Positions 9,952-21,290 are shown, numbered from the stretch's first letter. The stretch is 64,000 nucleotides of DNA from an uncultured Chthonomonadaceae bacterium (GCA_963817895.1 CAWFQB010000010.1:32001-96000), one strand, 5' to 3'. Program-made: numbers and translations. Notes: generated by a model not told the origin, from the letters alone.

Positions 9952-11427
9952 TTATAAAAAGCGTTTCACATACGCGGCTTCCGGGGCCGTGAAGACAAAG
10001 CCGAGTTTGCGATTTACGGCAAGCATGGCCGCATTGTCGCCATGATTTTCCGTTTCCATCTGCGCAAGGCCGCGCTTCTTTGCTTCTGTAATGCACAATA
10101 CCTTCAACGCCGTCGCCAGTCCAAGCCCGCGCCAGTCGGGATGAACACCCGTAAAGTACCATTCCAATCCTGTCACGACGCCTGCCCAAACTTCCTCTGA
10201 GTTTTTTGCATCTTCCGATGCTTCCACTGATTGTGCAAGGGCAAGGAAGATTGTTTGCGGGTCGCGATTCGCGAATTCCTGCTCCCACTTCGCATACGGT
10301 TCGGGAATGTAGGGTTCCACTTCGCAAAACGGCTGGGTGGCATGGGCCAGTTGCTCCAGTTCGTACAACTTGCGCCGGTTGTCTGTATTGTCTCCCACTT
10401 CGGCATACGTCACCAACCGGATACCCTGCGCGTGAACCCGTTGGATTGCCGACTCAAATCGCGTTGGATCAAAATTGTTCAGATCAAGGCAGGAGGGATA
10501 AAATCGCTCCAGTAGCTCGAACCCGCGCCTTGCGAGAAACGCGGCGGCGGGCGCGTCCTCTGTTTCGATATAGGCGGCGTACAGCAATTGCGCGTTTCTG
10601 CCCCGCGCAAACGTTTCGGCCTGAACGTACAACGCCCCGCCAATCCCCCGTTGCCGATGTTCGGGCGCGACTTCTAAAATGAGATGGCACTGTCTCGGCC
10701 TGCGGCTTGGTTCAGGAAGACTGCGATCCACAACCTGCAATTGGCCTACGGTCTCCCCGGTTGCTACCGTTTCCGCAATGAGACGCAGGGCGGTTCCCGG
10801 CCCGTTGGCGTACCACCAGTCAATAACATGCGTTCCCAACGCGCTTATCCCGGCGCGGTCTTCCTCCCGGAACGGGCGGAGAGTGTAGATGGTAAGGGGA
10901 TTGTTCAGAATGGCGTTTACTCCGGTTCCGTCCGAGGAGGAGAATGTGTGGAAACCAAGCCGTCGGTGCAGGCGAATGGATGGGAGGTTGTTCGCGTTTG
11001 CGCCGCCGACCAATCGTTTCAAGCGCAGATGCGTAAAGGCGTAACGGATTACAGCGCAGCAGGCTTCAGTAGCATAGCCGTTGCCCCAAAACCGCTTCCC
11101 GAAAGCAAAGCCTAAATGAACTTCCACACTTTGGAATGGCGAAGGGGCATCTTCGGGAACATCGTACCAACCCGCGTTGACATACGCATCCAGATGAACC
11201 TGCCCCAACAACTGCCCGTCGTCTTTGCGCGTCACAGCCCAATAGCCGAACTGATGGCCGCCGAAACGTTTTGGCAGACGGCGTTGCACCTCCTCAAGCG
11301 TCAGGACTTTCCCGCCGTTGTAGTGAAAAAGAACGTCGTAGTCGGAGTAGATTTCGCGATGAAGCGCGGGCGCATCTTCGGCAGTAAAATCGCGCAAAAT
11401 CAGCCGTTCCGTCTCTAAAGTGAGCAT
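9952..11427 (-). CDS. multi-domain GNAT acetyltransferase (RimJ-like plus two GNAT domains)
   Basis: LETERLILRDF, FWGNGYATEA, HRQRGIGGAL and WRGLGLATAL acetyl-CoA motifs. Confidence 0.85.
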   Translation of the reverse strand: MLTLETERLILRDFTAEDAPALHREIYSDYDVLFHYNGGKVLTLEEVQRRLPKRFGGHQFGYWAVTRKDDGQLLGQVHLDAYVNAGWYDVPEDAPSPFQSVEVHLGFAFGKRFWGNGYATEACCAVIRYAFTHLRLKRLVGGANANNLPSIRLHRRLGFHTFSSSDGTGVNAILNNPLTIYTLRPFREEDRAGISALGTHVIDWWYANGPGTALRLIAETVATGETVGQLQVVDRSLPEPSRRPRQCHLILEVAPEHRQRGIGGALYVQAETFARGRNAQLLYAAYIETEDAPAAAFLARRGFELLERFYPSCLDLNNFDPTRFESAIQRVHAQGIRLVTYAEVGDNTDNRRKLYELEQLAHATQPFCEVEPYIPEPYAKWEQEFANRDPQTIFLALAQSVEASEDAKNSEEVWAGVVTGLEWYFTGVHPDWRGLGLATALKVLCITEAKKRGLAQMETENHGDNAAMLAVNRKLGFVFTAPEAAYVKRFL

Positions 11428-11443
11428 ACAAACTGCTTTCTTC

Positions 11444-11797
11444 CTACGAGTGGATAATCAAGGCTGTTTTGGAGAGTTCAAGGAAGTGTGCCGTGCTAAA
11501 AGCTGAAACAATGGAGGGCAACCCAGGAACAAGCAAGGCTTCAAGCGCCGCATTGGTAATGTTCCCTGTTGAGATCAGCAACAGTCGCTCCGGCTGCTGT
11601 TTGACCTGATACGAATTGACAAAATCCGCATCTTTTGTAACCACTACGCGCTGCTCCTGCGCGGCGACTTTCAGTATAAATACGTCTGTCGTCTTGTTCC
11701 CATCCGGCAAGTTAAGCGTATGTATGGCGTCGTGTCCTGCGCTTGCCAACAGGATTACAAGACGGCGCGGCAAATGGGCGTCAATCAGGAATCTCAT
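11444..11797 (-). CDS. DUF5615 PIN-like toxin
   Basis: MRFLIDAHLP...VVVTKDADF; coupled to the upstream DUF433 gene. Confidence 0.85.
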   Translation of the reverse strand: MRFLIDAHLPRRLVILLASAGHDAIHTLNLPDGNKTTDVFILKVAAQEQRVVVTKDADFVNSYQVKQQPERLLLISTGNITNAALEALLVPGLPSIVSAFSTAHFLELSKTALIIHS

Positions 11798-12018
11798 ACC
11801 GGCAGCATCTCAATGCGTTTAATCTGCATCACTCGCGTGGCGTAGGCGAGTACAGCGAGAATGTCTTCAGGCTCAAGGTCCTCGTAGTCGGCTAAAATTT
11901 CCTCATGACTCATTCCTGCCGCGAGAAGCTCCATAATCATTTCGACGGGATAGCGCAAGCCACGAATTACCGGCTTGCCATGACAGATATTCGCGTCCAT
12001 CGTAATCCGTTCCAGCAT
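11794..12018 (-). CDS. DUF433 antitoxin
   Basis: RITMDANICHGKPVIRGLRYPV...EILADYEDLEPEDI. Confidence 0.9.
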   Translation of the reverse strand: MLERITMDANICHGKPVIRGLRYPVEMIMELLAAGMSHEEILADYEDLEPEDILAVLAYATRVMQIKRIEMLPV

Positions 12019-12052
12019 GTTCTCACCTCCTTATACCAGATTGATTGCTGAA

Positions 12053-12337
12053 TCAGCCTTGCGCGTCGCGCCGAAACAAGAGGGGCAAAATTCGTTCCTG
12101 TACGAACTCATAGACAGCATCATTTTCTGCGTCCGCGTCTTCAGTGGTCGCAACCAGCGCGCCCGCCTCCTGATACAACGCGCCGAGTTCGTCCGCCGAA
12201 AGGGCACCATCCGGTAAGCCTGCTTCTTCATCACTGCTGACGTAACGCTCCCATCCCGCCAGCAGGTCGAGCAGGCGCGTACCCGATGTTTTGGCGATTG
12301 GCTTTGTTTGTGTCGCTTCGTTTGACGCAGTGTTCAT
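12053..12337 (-). CDS. hypothetical protein
   Basis: Acidic ORF starting MNTASNEATQ. Confidence 0.45.
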   Translation of the reverse strand: MNTASNEATQTKPIAKTSGTRLLDLLAGWERYVSSDEEAGLPDGALSADELGALYQEAGALVATTEDADAENDAVYEFVQERILPLLFRRDAQG

Positions 12338-12949
12338 TATACGCTGACAAACTCCCTTGCCACAGCAGGAACCACCCCCTGTTTGACAACCTCGCATAAC
12401 GTTTCAGTCCACCACTGTTGCCGCCAAATGGCAAAATCCCACGAGTAGATGTCCATATCTGGCGGCGTTTCGCGGACGGGCGGAAGATACACGAACGTAT
12501 CCGGCCCAAGCCGCAATGCTTCTCGGATGCTTTGCGTGGTGATTTCCTCTAAGTTGCGAAATTCCAATTGCCGGGAAACGCCGTGTTGAGAATAGAACAA
12601 CACTTTCACCCTCGGCAATGACCGTCGGCACAGGCGGCGGGGGCGTTCCTGCGGGTAAACCGCTGGTGGGTAGTGTAAACAATAAACGAGTTTTCACGGT
12701 AAAACTTGCCTCCGACGAACAGCATTCCAAACTTCTGTGGCAGCATCCAAATCTTCTTGTGTTGGATCAGGCCATCCTTCGCGTGTCTGTAATGTTTTGA
12801 CGAACTGATGATAGTTTGGGTTCAAAGACCTGTTGATTGGGTGCTGCAAGTTTGGCAGGCGAAATGTACAGAATGTTACCATGCAATTTCAGGAAACGAG
12901 CGCTGAACACGCCGAAGAACCGTTGCGATGTCTACGTGTCACGCAAAAT

Positions 12950-13180
12950 TTAACCAGCAACTTTGGCAGTTAAAGGTTTCAATTCACGGGAGTTTTCTTG
13001 ATTATCCTTCTGCCTTCGTTTCTGTTGGACGTACTCTTCATCGCTGTACTGTTCGTCCCAACATTCTTCGCATGTTCTAAATTGAACGTGTTCGCATCCA
13101 AAATACACTTGCTGTTCTATGTGTTCGCAAGTGAGCGGTTTCCTGCAACACTTACAGATATTATTGCATGGGTTAGACAT
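12950..13180 (-). CDS. small Cys-rich hypothetical protein
   Basis: Strong RBS GGGAGG before MSNPCNNICKCCRK...CEH...CEEC. Confidence 0.5.
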   Translation of the reverse strand: MSNPCNNICKCCRKPLTCEHIEQQVYFGCEHVQFRTCEECWDEQYSDEEYVQQKRRQKDNQENSRELKPLTAKVAG

Positions 13181-13199
13181 ATCGCCTCCCTTCATGGCA

Positions 13200-13649
13200 C
13201 TACTTCGAGCGCACGGTGTCGGCATATTCAAACTGTATGAAACGCAGGACACGCGCTTTGGATTTATCCGATAGGCGCGAATACTCAATACGACGCTCCA
13301 TAGGGAGTTCGTCGAGTTGCAGATACTCGTCGCTAGGCAGATACCCCGCTTGCATGAATACCTCATTCACATCCAAATTCAGGCCGAGCGCCAGAGCACG
13401 GCAGGTGTCGCGTCGTACCGTTTCCAGTTCTTCAGGCCGATCTTCCATTCGACGGATAGCGGTAGCGCCAATCGTCGCCTCGCCCTCATCGCGTTGTGAA
13501 TTGTAATTATCCGCAACCTGCTGATAAGTCCAACCCCGCGCCTCACGTTGCTCCTTCACCCATTTCTGAAAGCGTTGTACCCGCGCTACGTCTTCAGGGT
13601 TCTTCCCCGCTTTTCGTCTCATATCTACTCCTAGCACAGAGTTGTGCAA
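13200..13649 (-). CDS. XRE-family HTH regulator (phage-repressor-like)
   Basis: WVKEQREARGWTYQQVAD...AIRRME...ALALGLNLDVNEVFMQAGY. Confidence 0.75.
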   Translation of the reverse strand: MHNSVLGVDMRRKAGKNPEDVARVQRFQKWVKEQREARGWTYQQVADNYNSQRDEGEATIGATAIRRMEDRPEELETVRRDTCRALALGLNLDVNEVFMQAGYLPSDEYLQLDELPMERRIEYSRLSDKSKARVLRFIQFEYADTVRSK

Positions 13650-13726
13650 AAAACTGACCGGTTGCTTCGCATCAGTCCTACTTATCTAAATCCCACGCAT
13701 GATGATATGCTTGAGAGAACAGTTCA

Positions 13727-13756
13727 ATTGTACTCTATCTAGGATTGACATGTCAA
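13727..13756 (-). promoter_or_regulatory. sigma70 promoter for the XRE gene, inside a TTGACATGTCAA palindrome
   Basis: TTGACA(13756-13751)-N18-TACAAT(13732-13727). Confidence 0.6.
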
Positions 13757-13922
13757 CTCTCATGCGACTTAGTTTACACAATGTTGTGCCAATAAGAGTA
13801 GAGGCAATAGTGTATGTAGCGGCGGCGACATGCTGGCATCTGTTTTTCGTAGTCCTTGTGCATGAACCGGATTTTCAATAATTCGTGTACAGCTACAGCA
13901 CAAGGACTAACACTACAAACTA

Positions 13923-14800
13923 TCAAGCATCTTCGTTGCCGAGGGCGGCGGGGGGAGTGGCACGGCCTACCACGCTGACGAGGGCGGCTAAAGTCATTAA
14001 ATACGGCAGGCCGTCGAGGAGGAAGGGGCTTGTCCATTCGATGCCTAGAAAGACAATGTGCTTGCCCATGAGTTGCAGTTGGGTTTGCAGGGCGTAGAAG
14101 AAGCCGAAGAACAAGGCTCCCAATGCGGCTCCTCCCGGCGTCCATTTGCCGAAAATGACCGCTGCCAGCGCGATGTAACCCTTGCCTGCCGACATGTTGC
14201 TGGAAAAGCCGTGCGCGTCCGATTGCGACAGGTACGCGCCCGCCAATGCCGCCAACATTCCCGACAGCATCACCGCTGCATAGCGGGGCGGACCGGGCGC
14301 GATTCCCGCCATGCGCGCGCTTTCCGGGTTTTCCCCGACCGCCCGTAACCGCAGCCCGAATGTGGTGCGCGACAGCAGCCAGTACACAGCAAACGGCAGG
14401 ACAATCGCCAGTCCCAAAAACAGATTTCCCGGCAGGCCGTTGACGTGGATGCCGGACGGGAACAGGCGCAGACTTAAATACCGCGTCGCGCCCGCCGCCA
14501 GCAGATTGATGCCAAGCCCGCTGACAACGTGGTTCATGCGCAGTTTTTGCGTCAGGGTGGCGTGAAGCAGGCCGACAAGCCCGCCCGCGAATACCGCCAT
14601 TGCAAGCCCGAAGAGGGGCGCGTTTCCGCCCATCGTTTGCGCGCTCTGTTCCGCCACCACGCCCACAAACGCGCCCGTCAGGATCAGGCCTTCCAGCGCG
14701 ATATTGACCACGCCCGCCCGCTCGGACAGAATCCCGCCCATCGCGGCCAAAACAAGTGGCGTCGCGCTGAACAGGGTTGCGGAAACAAAGGCGGCAAGGG
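13923..14800 (-). CDS. nucleoside/sugar ABC transporter permease (5' end frameshifted)
   Basis: LSERAGVVNIALEG, LRAVGENPESA and GYIALAAVIFGKW motifs. Confidence 0.85.
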
Positions 14801-15974
14801 CGTTAGAGGGGCATTTTGCGTGGTTGAACCTTCCTGTGGGGTCGTCGGAACAGCCGGGGACGAGTCGCGCTTTGGGCTGCGCGTCAGCCGGATGCCGACA
14901 AATAGAATCACCAATGCCTGCACGATAATGGCGACGGAATTCGGCACATTGGTCAGGGTTTCCATGTAATCGGCCCCGGCTGCCAGAAAGCCGAAGAAGA
15001 ACGCGCTCAGGGTGACAGCCACGCCGCCTAACCCGCCTAGCAGCGCGACCGCAATGCCGTCAAATCCGTAATTACCCGCCACGCCCTGCACGTAGCGATG
15101 ATGAATTCCCGCCACTTCAATCGCGCCCGCAATTCCCGCAAGAGCGCCCGACAAAAACATGGTTGTCACCAGAACCCGGGCGGTTGGGATTCCCGCCGCC
15201 CGCGCCGCTTCCGCGCCCATGCCCACCGCCCGTATCTGATACCCCGCGCTGGTACGCCGTATCAGAAACGTCACGGCAACCGCGCAAACAAGGGCCACAA
15301 TAAACCCCGCTGTCAGATTGCTGCCCGGAACCCAGGGCGACAGCATAGCCGAATGGGAAATCAGCGCGGTTTGCGTGGCCGCGCTTTTCGGGTCTTTCAG
15401 GTTATGCGTAACCAGATACGTGACGATGTTCAGGCCGAGATAATTGAGCATGATCGTGGAAATCACCTCATGGACGCCCCGGTACGCTTTCAGCAGTCCC
15501 GGCAATGCCCCCCACAATCCGCCCGCAACCGCGCCCGCCAGCAGCACAAGCGGCACATGAACAAACGGCGGCAATCCGCCACTCGCGCCCGCTTTGCCGT
15601 CTCGCGCCCCACGTGCCCACAACCGCAGCGGCCAAAGCCCCGACCGTCATTTGCCCCTGCGCCCCGATATTGAACAATCCCGCCCGCAATGCCAGCGCAA
15701 TCGCCAGTCCCGCCAGCAGCAGGGGCGTGACCCGCGACAGGGATTGCGCCAGTTGGTACAAATTGACATGCGCGTTCAACGAGCCAATCGCAATCTGACT
15801 GGTTCCCCGCGCATGTCCCGACTCCAGCCCCGTCGCGCCGCTCCACAACGCGCCATAGGCCGCCCGAACGTCGTACCCCGACAACTGCATCAGGAACGCG
15901 GCCAGCATCAGCCCCGCCAGAATACTCAGCAGGGGACGCGCCCACCCACCGGATTGGGCAATACGGCTATTCAT
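14800..15974 (-). CDS. nucleoside/sugar ABC transporter permease, frameshifted near 15610
   Basis: GLFNIGAQGQ in ORF 15468-15974; HEVISTIMLN and GFDGIAVALLG in ORF 14684-15622. The boundary with the next gene is approximate. Confidence 0.8.
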
Positions 15975-17574
15975 ACGCGGCTCCCGTCATCAATGCTCCG
16001 ATCCGTTCCGGCGTGGCCTGGGCGCGAGTGAGGATGCCCGCGATGCGCCCGTTGAACATCACGGCGATACGATCCGAAAGGCGCAGCACTTCATCCAAAT
16101 CCAGCGAAAACAGCAGGACGCCCAATCCGTCCGCTTTGGCGCGTTCCAGCGTTTTGTACACAAAGCGGCCCGCTTCCACATCCAGACCCCGCGTGGGCTG
16201 ACAGGCGACGAGCAAACGCGGCCCGGAATCCATGGCGCGGGCAAACACCACTTTCTGCTGATTGCCGCCCGACAACGCCCCGCCCGGAGCCAGTCCGCCC
16301 CGTGTGCCGCCGCGCACGTCGTATTGCTGCACCATCGCCTGCGCGTGTGACAGCAGTACCCGCTCATCAAATGTGACGCCGCCGCCCCAACTCGCTTCGC
16401 GCTCATGGCCGAGCAGATAGTTTTCCGCAATGGAAAAATCCAAAATCATGCCCGCCCGGTGTCGGTCTTCGGGAATATAGGCGATACCCGACTGCTGCCG
16501 CTGACGCACATTCAGCCGCGTAATGTCCACTCCCTCCAGAAACAAACGCCCCGTTTCCATGCGCCGCAACCCCACAAGCGACTCGGAAAGTTCGCGCTGC
16601 CCGCTGCCGTCCACGCCCGCAATTCCTAATATCTCGCTTCTGCCCACGCTCAGGGATACGCTTTGTACCGCTTCCGCCCCCCGCGCGTTTCTCACCGTGA
16701 CATTTTCAACTTGAAGCAGAGGGGAAGCGTCAAAAGCGGCCTGCGAGTTGGCGGAAGGAATTGTTCCGGCATGGCTCCATTCGGCAGTCCCATCTCCTGT
16801 CCCCTGTTCTCTGTTTCCCTGCTCCACATTCAGCGTGGTGGCGCGAATTGGTTCGCGCGCCGATCATGGCGCGAAGCAATTCGGCTTCGCTGGTTTGCGT
16901 TGTGACGAAATCGCCCACGCTTTGCCCTGCCCGCAGGACGCTGACATTCTGGCTGTGCGTCATGACTTCACGCAGTTTGTGGGTGACGAACAGAATGGTG
17001 GAACCCTGCGCGGCAAGCGTATGCAGCAGGGCAAAAAGCGCGTCTACTTCCTGCGGCGCAAGGGTTGCCGTCGGCTCGTCCAGCAGCAGAATACGCGCGC
17101 CCCGGTACAAGCGCTTTGAGAATCTCTACTTTTTGCTGCGCGGCAACGGAAAGCCGTTCCGCGCGCGCATTCAGGTCGAGATTGGCAAGACCAAGCTGTG
17201 TCCGCAAGCTGCCGAACTCGCGCGCCCGCTTTGCGCGGCTGCAAAATTCCGCCCGGCAATCCGCCCTCCGCGCCAAGCATCACGTTTTCCAGAACCGTTA
17301 GCGCGGGAATCAGCGCGTAGTGCTGGCTGACAAGGCCGATGCCGCGCCGAATCGCGTCGGCGGGACTGCGCAGGGCCCCGCTGACTTCCTCGCCCGCCAC
17401 AAAAATACGCCCCGCGTCCGGGCGATACCGCCCGTACAGGATGTTGAGCAGCGTGGATTTGCCCGCGCCATTTTCACCAATCACGGCATGAAACGTGCCG
17501 GACGCGACCCGCAGATGAACGTTCTGGTTGGCGACCACGCCCGGAAACCGCTTGGTGATGTTTTCCATCTTCAC
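15967..17574 (-). CDS. nucleoside/sugar ABC transporter ATP-binding protein (two ABC domains), multiple frameshifts
   Basis: GENGAGKST, LLLDEPT and LSGGNQQK spread over four consecutive ORFs. Confidence 0.85.
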
Positions 17575-17925
17575 GATGTAACTCGGAAGCGGGCGGCGTA
17601 TCCAGCGGTATGGGCGTTTAAAATGGGTTCAGGCATGTCGTCATCAGGCCGCGAATGGCCCGCCTTTGCAGCAAATTTGCAGTGAACGCGAAATAATATC
17701 CGCTATTGTAGCCAACACGTGCGCCGGGTGTCAACTTTTGCGAACAAGCCCGCGTAGATAGGCGTCATTCTGTAAGTAGCCGGTGCGTATAAGAGGGTAG
17801 GAGGCAGCAACTGCACGGGGTTGTGAAGTTCCCCTCATACTGCCGATAATGAAGAACACGAACAAGCAACGGATGGAAACCCCGAGGCGCCATGCCTGGT
17901 CTCGGAACCACAAAGGGGACAACCG

Positions 17926-18201
17926 ATGTCACATAACAATGCAGAACGCGCGAATAAAGACAAAACCGGAACCGATGCGGCAAGCAAACCCAAAGCAAGC
18001 CCGACTCTTGTTGTGGAAGTAAATGCCGCGTACAACCGCGACCGTCTGCCGATGCCCCGCCCCAACGGACCAAACGGGCGCCGCGTATTAAATCTCGAAA
18101 TGCTTCTCAATCATCCCATGTACTGGGACTTTCTCAACGAGCGGGAAACCGAAGAGGTTCTCATGGAACTCTACATCGCCCGCACCCGCCGGATGCAGTA
18201 A
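17926..18201 (+). CDS. hypothetical protein
   Basis: RBS AAGGGG, 91-aa ORF, followed by a hairpin. Confidence 0.55.
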   Translation: MSHNNAERANKDKTGTDAASKPKASPTLVVEVNAAYNRDRLPMPRPNGPNGRRVLNLEMLLNHPMYWDFLNERETEEVLMELYIARTRRMQ

Positions 18202-18240
18202 TTTTGTATGTTTGAAGTTGAGACGTTATAAAATGATTTG

Positions 18241-18266
18241 GGGAGCGCAGAGTATTCTGCGCTCCC
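18241..18266 (+). terminator. REP-like/terminator hairpin
   Basis: gggagcgcaga gtat tctgcgctccc followed by ttt. Confidence 0.65.
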
Positions 18267-18366
18267 TTTATCTTTCATGATTGTCCGCATTTTGGGCAGG
18301 AAAACCAACAGGCAAGCGCGTACTTATCCGTAGATATAAAATGCAGGAAGCGGGATAAGGGCCGGT

Positions 18367-18783
18367 ATGCCGAAGATATATCGTGGAATGAAGCAGGATC
18401 AGGGCAAACCTGCGCTTGGACCAACATCAACGACACTCGGAGCGCGCGTACCGGATGATATTGACGCGGACGCAAGCGGGCTTGTTCATCCCGGCCTCGG
18501 TGGCATGTCTGTTGCGCCCTCTTTACTCGCGTTGCCTGCGCATCGTGTTCCTGAACGTTTGAAGTTCCTGCATCCTAACGCTCGTGGCAGCGCCAATTTA
18601 CACGTCTGGAGTATGGGAACGGGTGAGTTTGCAGATGGCGCATTGACGCAGCAATTATATCTGCGTCTTGATCCAAACAACGTTGACCACGGGTTGGTTG
18701 AACCCGTAGTAAGCATGGTCTTGGCGAGTTATCAGGATGCGTTAGCGGCCACACAAGATTTGTGGACGATTGATGAGAAGTGA
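18367..18783 (+). CDS. Tse2-like ADP-ribosyltransferase-fold toxin
   Basis: IYRGM...LGARVPDDI...GGMSVAP...HGLVEP...YQDALAATQDLW resembles the Tse2 ART family (recognised by eye). Confidence 0.65.
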   Translation: MPKIYRGMKQDQGKPALGPTSTTLGARVPDDIDADASGLVHPGLGGMSVAPSLLALPAHRVPERLKFLHPNARGSANLHVWSMGTGEFADGALTQQLYLRLDPNNVDHGLVEPVVSMVLASYQDALAATQDLWTIDEK

Positions 18784-18789
18784 ACAAAC

Positions 18790-19641
18790 ATGGGCGACCT
18801 ATTTGCGAATAATCCCTATTACGTTGAGTACGAATCGCGCCTGAAGCAGCTTAACAGCCTGATGGCTGAAGGCAAAAGCGACACGGACGAAGCGGAAGCC
18901 GTTCGTGACGCAATGGACACGCCTTGGATGCGCTTGACACAAGCGGAGCAAGCGCGTCTCAATGGCCTTTCTGCCGACCTCTACATGCTGCAAGACGATG
19001 AAACGTTTGAGCCTGCCGGTGGGCGTACCAAAATCCAAATTGGACAGGCCATTTTTGCAGCAATGAAGCAGGAAAATTGGGAAGAGGCTCTTGCATTGAT
19101 GCGCAAACCTAACTTAATTCCCAAAGATCGTGTTGCTACGTTTCGCGCAAAAGTTTACGATGAGTTGGGACATCACGATACCGCTCTTTTATTTCTAAAC
19201 TATGCCATAGAAAACACCAAAAACCCGCAGGGACACTTGGTTGTCAAGCTATTTCTTATGCTTGATCTTGGATATACCCATGAAATTGTTCCAGAAGCCG
19301 AACAGTTGCTGGCGCAAGAGTCATTGCCTGATTTTCAGAAGGCAACAGTAGCTATTGTACTGGCGCTTATTGCAAAACACTTGCCTGAACTACAGGCGCG
19401 TTCAATCTACACACATGTAGCCAGTATACTGGAGCGAATCTTGGAGGGTAAAACTCTGCATCCAAGTGATAACGAGATATTGGCAACTATTTATATCTCC
19501 ATCGGCTACTGTTACTTTGTGAGCGGAGATGTTGCTCATGCTTATACGGCTTATGACAATGCCCTAAAACTTGATTATGATAGCAAACTAGAACAAATTG
19601 TCAACCGTTTAGCCCAGATGAACCCTGAACTCGCTAGATGA
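18790..19641 (+). CDS. TPR-containing protein
   Basis: Helical protein with TPR-like IGYCYFVSGDVAHAYTAYDNALKL, 6 bp after the toxin gene. Confidence 0.6.
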   Translation: MGDLFANNPYYVEYESRLKQLNSLMAEGKSDTDEAEAVRDAMDTPWMRLTQAEQARLNGLSADLYMLQDDETFEPAGGRTKIQIGQAIFAAMKQENWEEALALMRKPNLIPKDRVATFRAKVYDELGHHDTALLFLNYAIENTKNPQGHLVVKLFLMLDLGYTHEIVPEAEQLLAQESLPDFQKATVAIVLALIAKHLPELQARSIYTHVASILERILEGKTLHPSDNEILATIYISIGYCYFVSGDVAHAYTAYDNALKLDYDSKLEQIVNRLAQMNPELAR

Positions 19642-19789
19642 CAGGGACAGTTTCGCCAGCATCCTTGATGCGAGGATTAATTCCCTGAGAAGTGGGGAAA
19701 TTAGAAAATTTGCTGCTGTTGCGGCATAGCTTTAGACTACAATAACATACTTCCATTTTGGAAAATATAATGACAAAATCAGAGACTAA

Positions 19790-20339
19790 GCCGAAAATTC
19801 GGTCAACAACCATTGTGGCGGTGAAGCGGGAGAATCAGGTGGCGCTTGCGGGGGATGGGCAGGTGACGCTGGAAAATACCGTGATGAAGCACAACGCGCG
19901 CAAAGTGCGCCGCCTGTACCAGAACCGCGTAATTGCCGGGTTCGCGGGCAGCGTGGCGGACGCGCAATCGCTGGCGGACAAGTTCGAGAGCAAACTGGAA
20001 TCGTCGAGCGGCAACCTGACGCGGGCAGCCATAGAATTTGCCAAAGAATGGCGCACGGATCGCATTCTGCGCAAACTGGAAGCCATGATGATCGTCACGG
20101 ACGGCGAACGCATCTACATTCTGGCCGGAGATGGCAACGTGGTGGAACCGGATGATGGCGTGGCGGCTATCGGGTCGGGCGGCATGTTCGCCGCGTCTGC
20201 CGCCAAAGCGCTGGTCAAGAACACCGAAATGAGCGCGCGCGACATTGCTCTGGAAGCCATGCGTATCGCTTCGGAAATTTGCATCTACACCAACGACAAA
20301 GTGACAGTGGATGTGTTGCCGGAAGGAGTTGATAGTTGA
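19790..20339 (+). CDS. hslV: ATP-dependent protease peptidase subunit HslV
   Basis: STTIVAV...AGDGQVT...[10 protein letters not shown]...AIGSGG...ICIYTN. Start approximate (the ORF extends to 19758). Confidence 0.95.
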
Positions 20340-20436
20340 TAGTTGAGAGTTGAGAGTCAAATGCGCTGAACGTCAAGTTCAACAGGATTGACAGCCAACC
20401 GACCTTTACTATCAACTATCAACTGTCTACTTTCTA
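20328..20436. repeat. heptamer tandem-repeat hairpin (TTGATAG/TTGAGAG)
   Basis: gttgatagttgatagttgagag...ctatcaactatcaac. Confidence 0.75.
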
Positions 20437-21153
20437 CTTCGTCAACGGCGAAGTCTCGACAGTGATATTCACTTTGTCGGCAGCGGCGTTGATGGCGGCG
20501 TCAGCCGCGCGCTGATGCGCCAATGCCTCCTGCTGCTGGGCGATTTCCAGTTGCTGAACCGCCTGTTGCCGCGCCGCTTCCGCCTGCAAACGCGCGGATT
20601 CAGCGTAGAAGTAGGTTGGATAGCCGGAATTTTGTACGCGCAGGGTCTGGCCTGCGTACAAATCTACCGTGCCGTGATAGCTCTGCACGTAGCGGCCATT
20701 ACACAGGTCTTCATCCTGAATGTTGATATAAGCGGCCTCCGGGCGGGTGCGATTTTCCATGTGTCCGACGCCGTTGGCGTCAAACGTTACAAAGGTGGGC
20801 TGCATGTCGTTGAGCGTGAAGCCCACAACGGATTTGAGATTCCCCTCCCCGTTGTACAGGCGCAGGCTCGGCACGTCGTCTTTGTTCAGGCGCAGTTGCG
20901 CGCGCTGCGCTCCCGCCGCGTCGAACAACTGGACGCTGGGCGCATTGGTCTTGTCCATCATGCCGATGCGGGCGCGGGTGACGCCGTTATCGTCCACAAG
21001 CATAAACTCTTTGGTGACAACCCGGTCGCTGACCGATGTTCCGACTCCGCTCCCCGGATGGCGGAGGGAAATGTCATGCAGCACCAGCCCGGACAGCGCG
21101 ACCCACATCACGGCGAAAATAGCCGCATTGTTGAGATGAAAACGATCCCTCAT
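20434..21153 (-). CDS. membrane-anchored hypothetical protein
   Basis: N-terminal TM, beta-repeat segment (LVDDNGVTRARI/LFDAAGAQRAQL), coiled-coil tail. Confidence 0.65.
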   Translation of the reverse strand: MRDRFHLNNAAIFAVMWVALSGLVLHDISLRHPGSGVGTSVSDRVVTKEFMLVDDNGVTRARIGMMDKTNAPSVQLFDAAGAQRAQLRLNKDDVPSLRLYNGEGNLKSVVGFTLNDMQPTFVTFDANGVGHMENRTRPEAAYINIQDEDLCNGRYVQSYHGTVDLYAGQTLRVQNSGYPTYFYAESARLQAEAARQQAVQQLEIAQQQEALAHQRAADAAINAAADKVNITVETSPLTK

Positions 21154-21180
21154 CCTGTCAACCCCCTTGCTTGAAGAGCA

Positions 21181-21290
21181 GGTTGTTAGTTGTTAGGCAA
21201 TTAGGTTGTCAGGAAAAACTCTTCCAAGTCCCTGCCAACATAATAAACCTGACCTCCTAACACCCTAATTACCTAACAACTAACAACCTA
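21181..21290. repeat. heptamer tandem-repeat hairpin (TTGTTAG)
   Basis: ggttgttagttgttagg...cctaacaactaacaacc. Confidence 0.8.
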
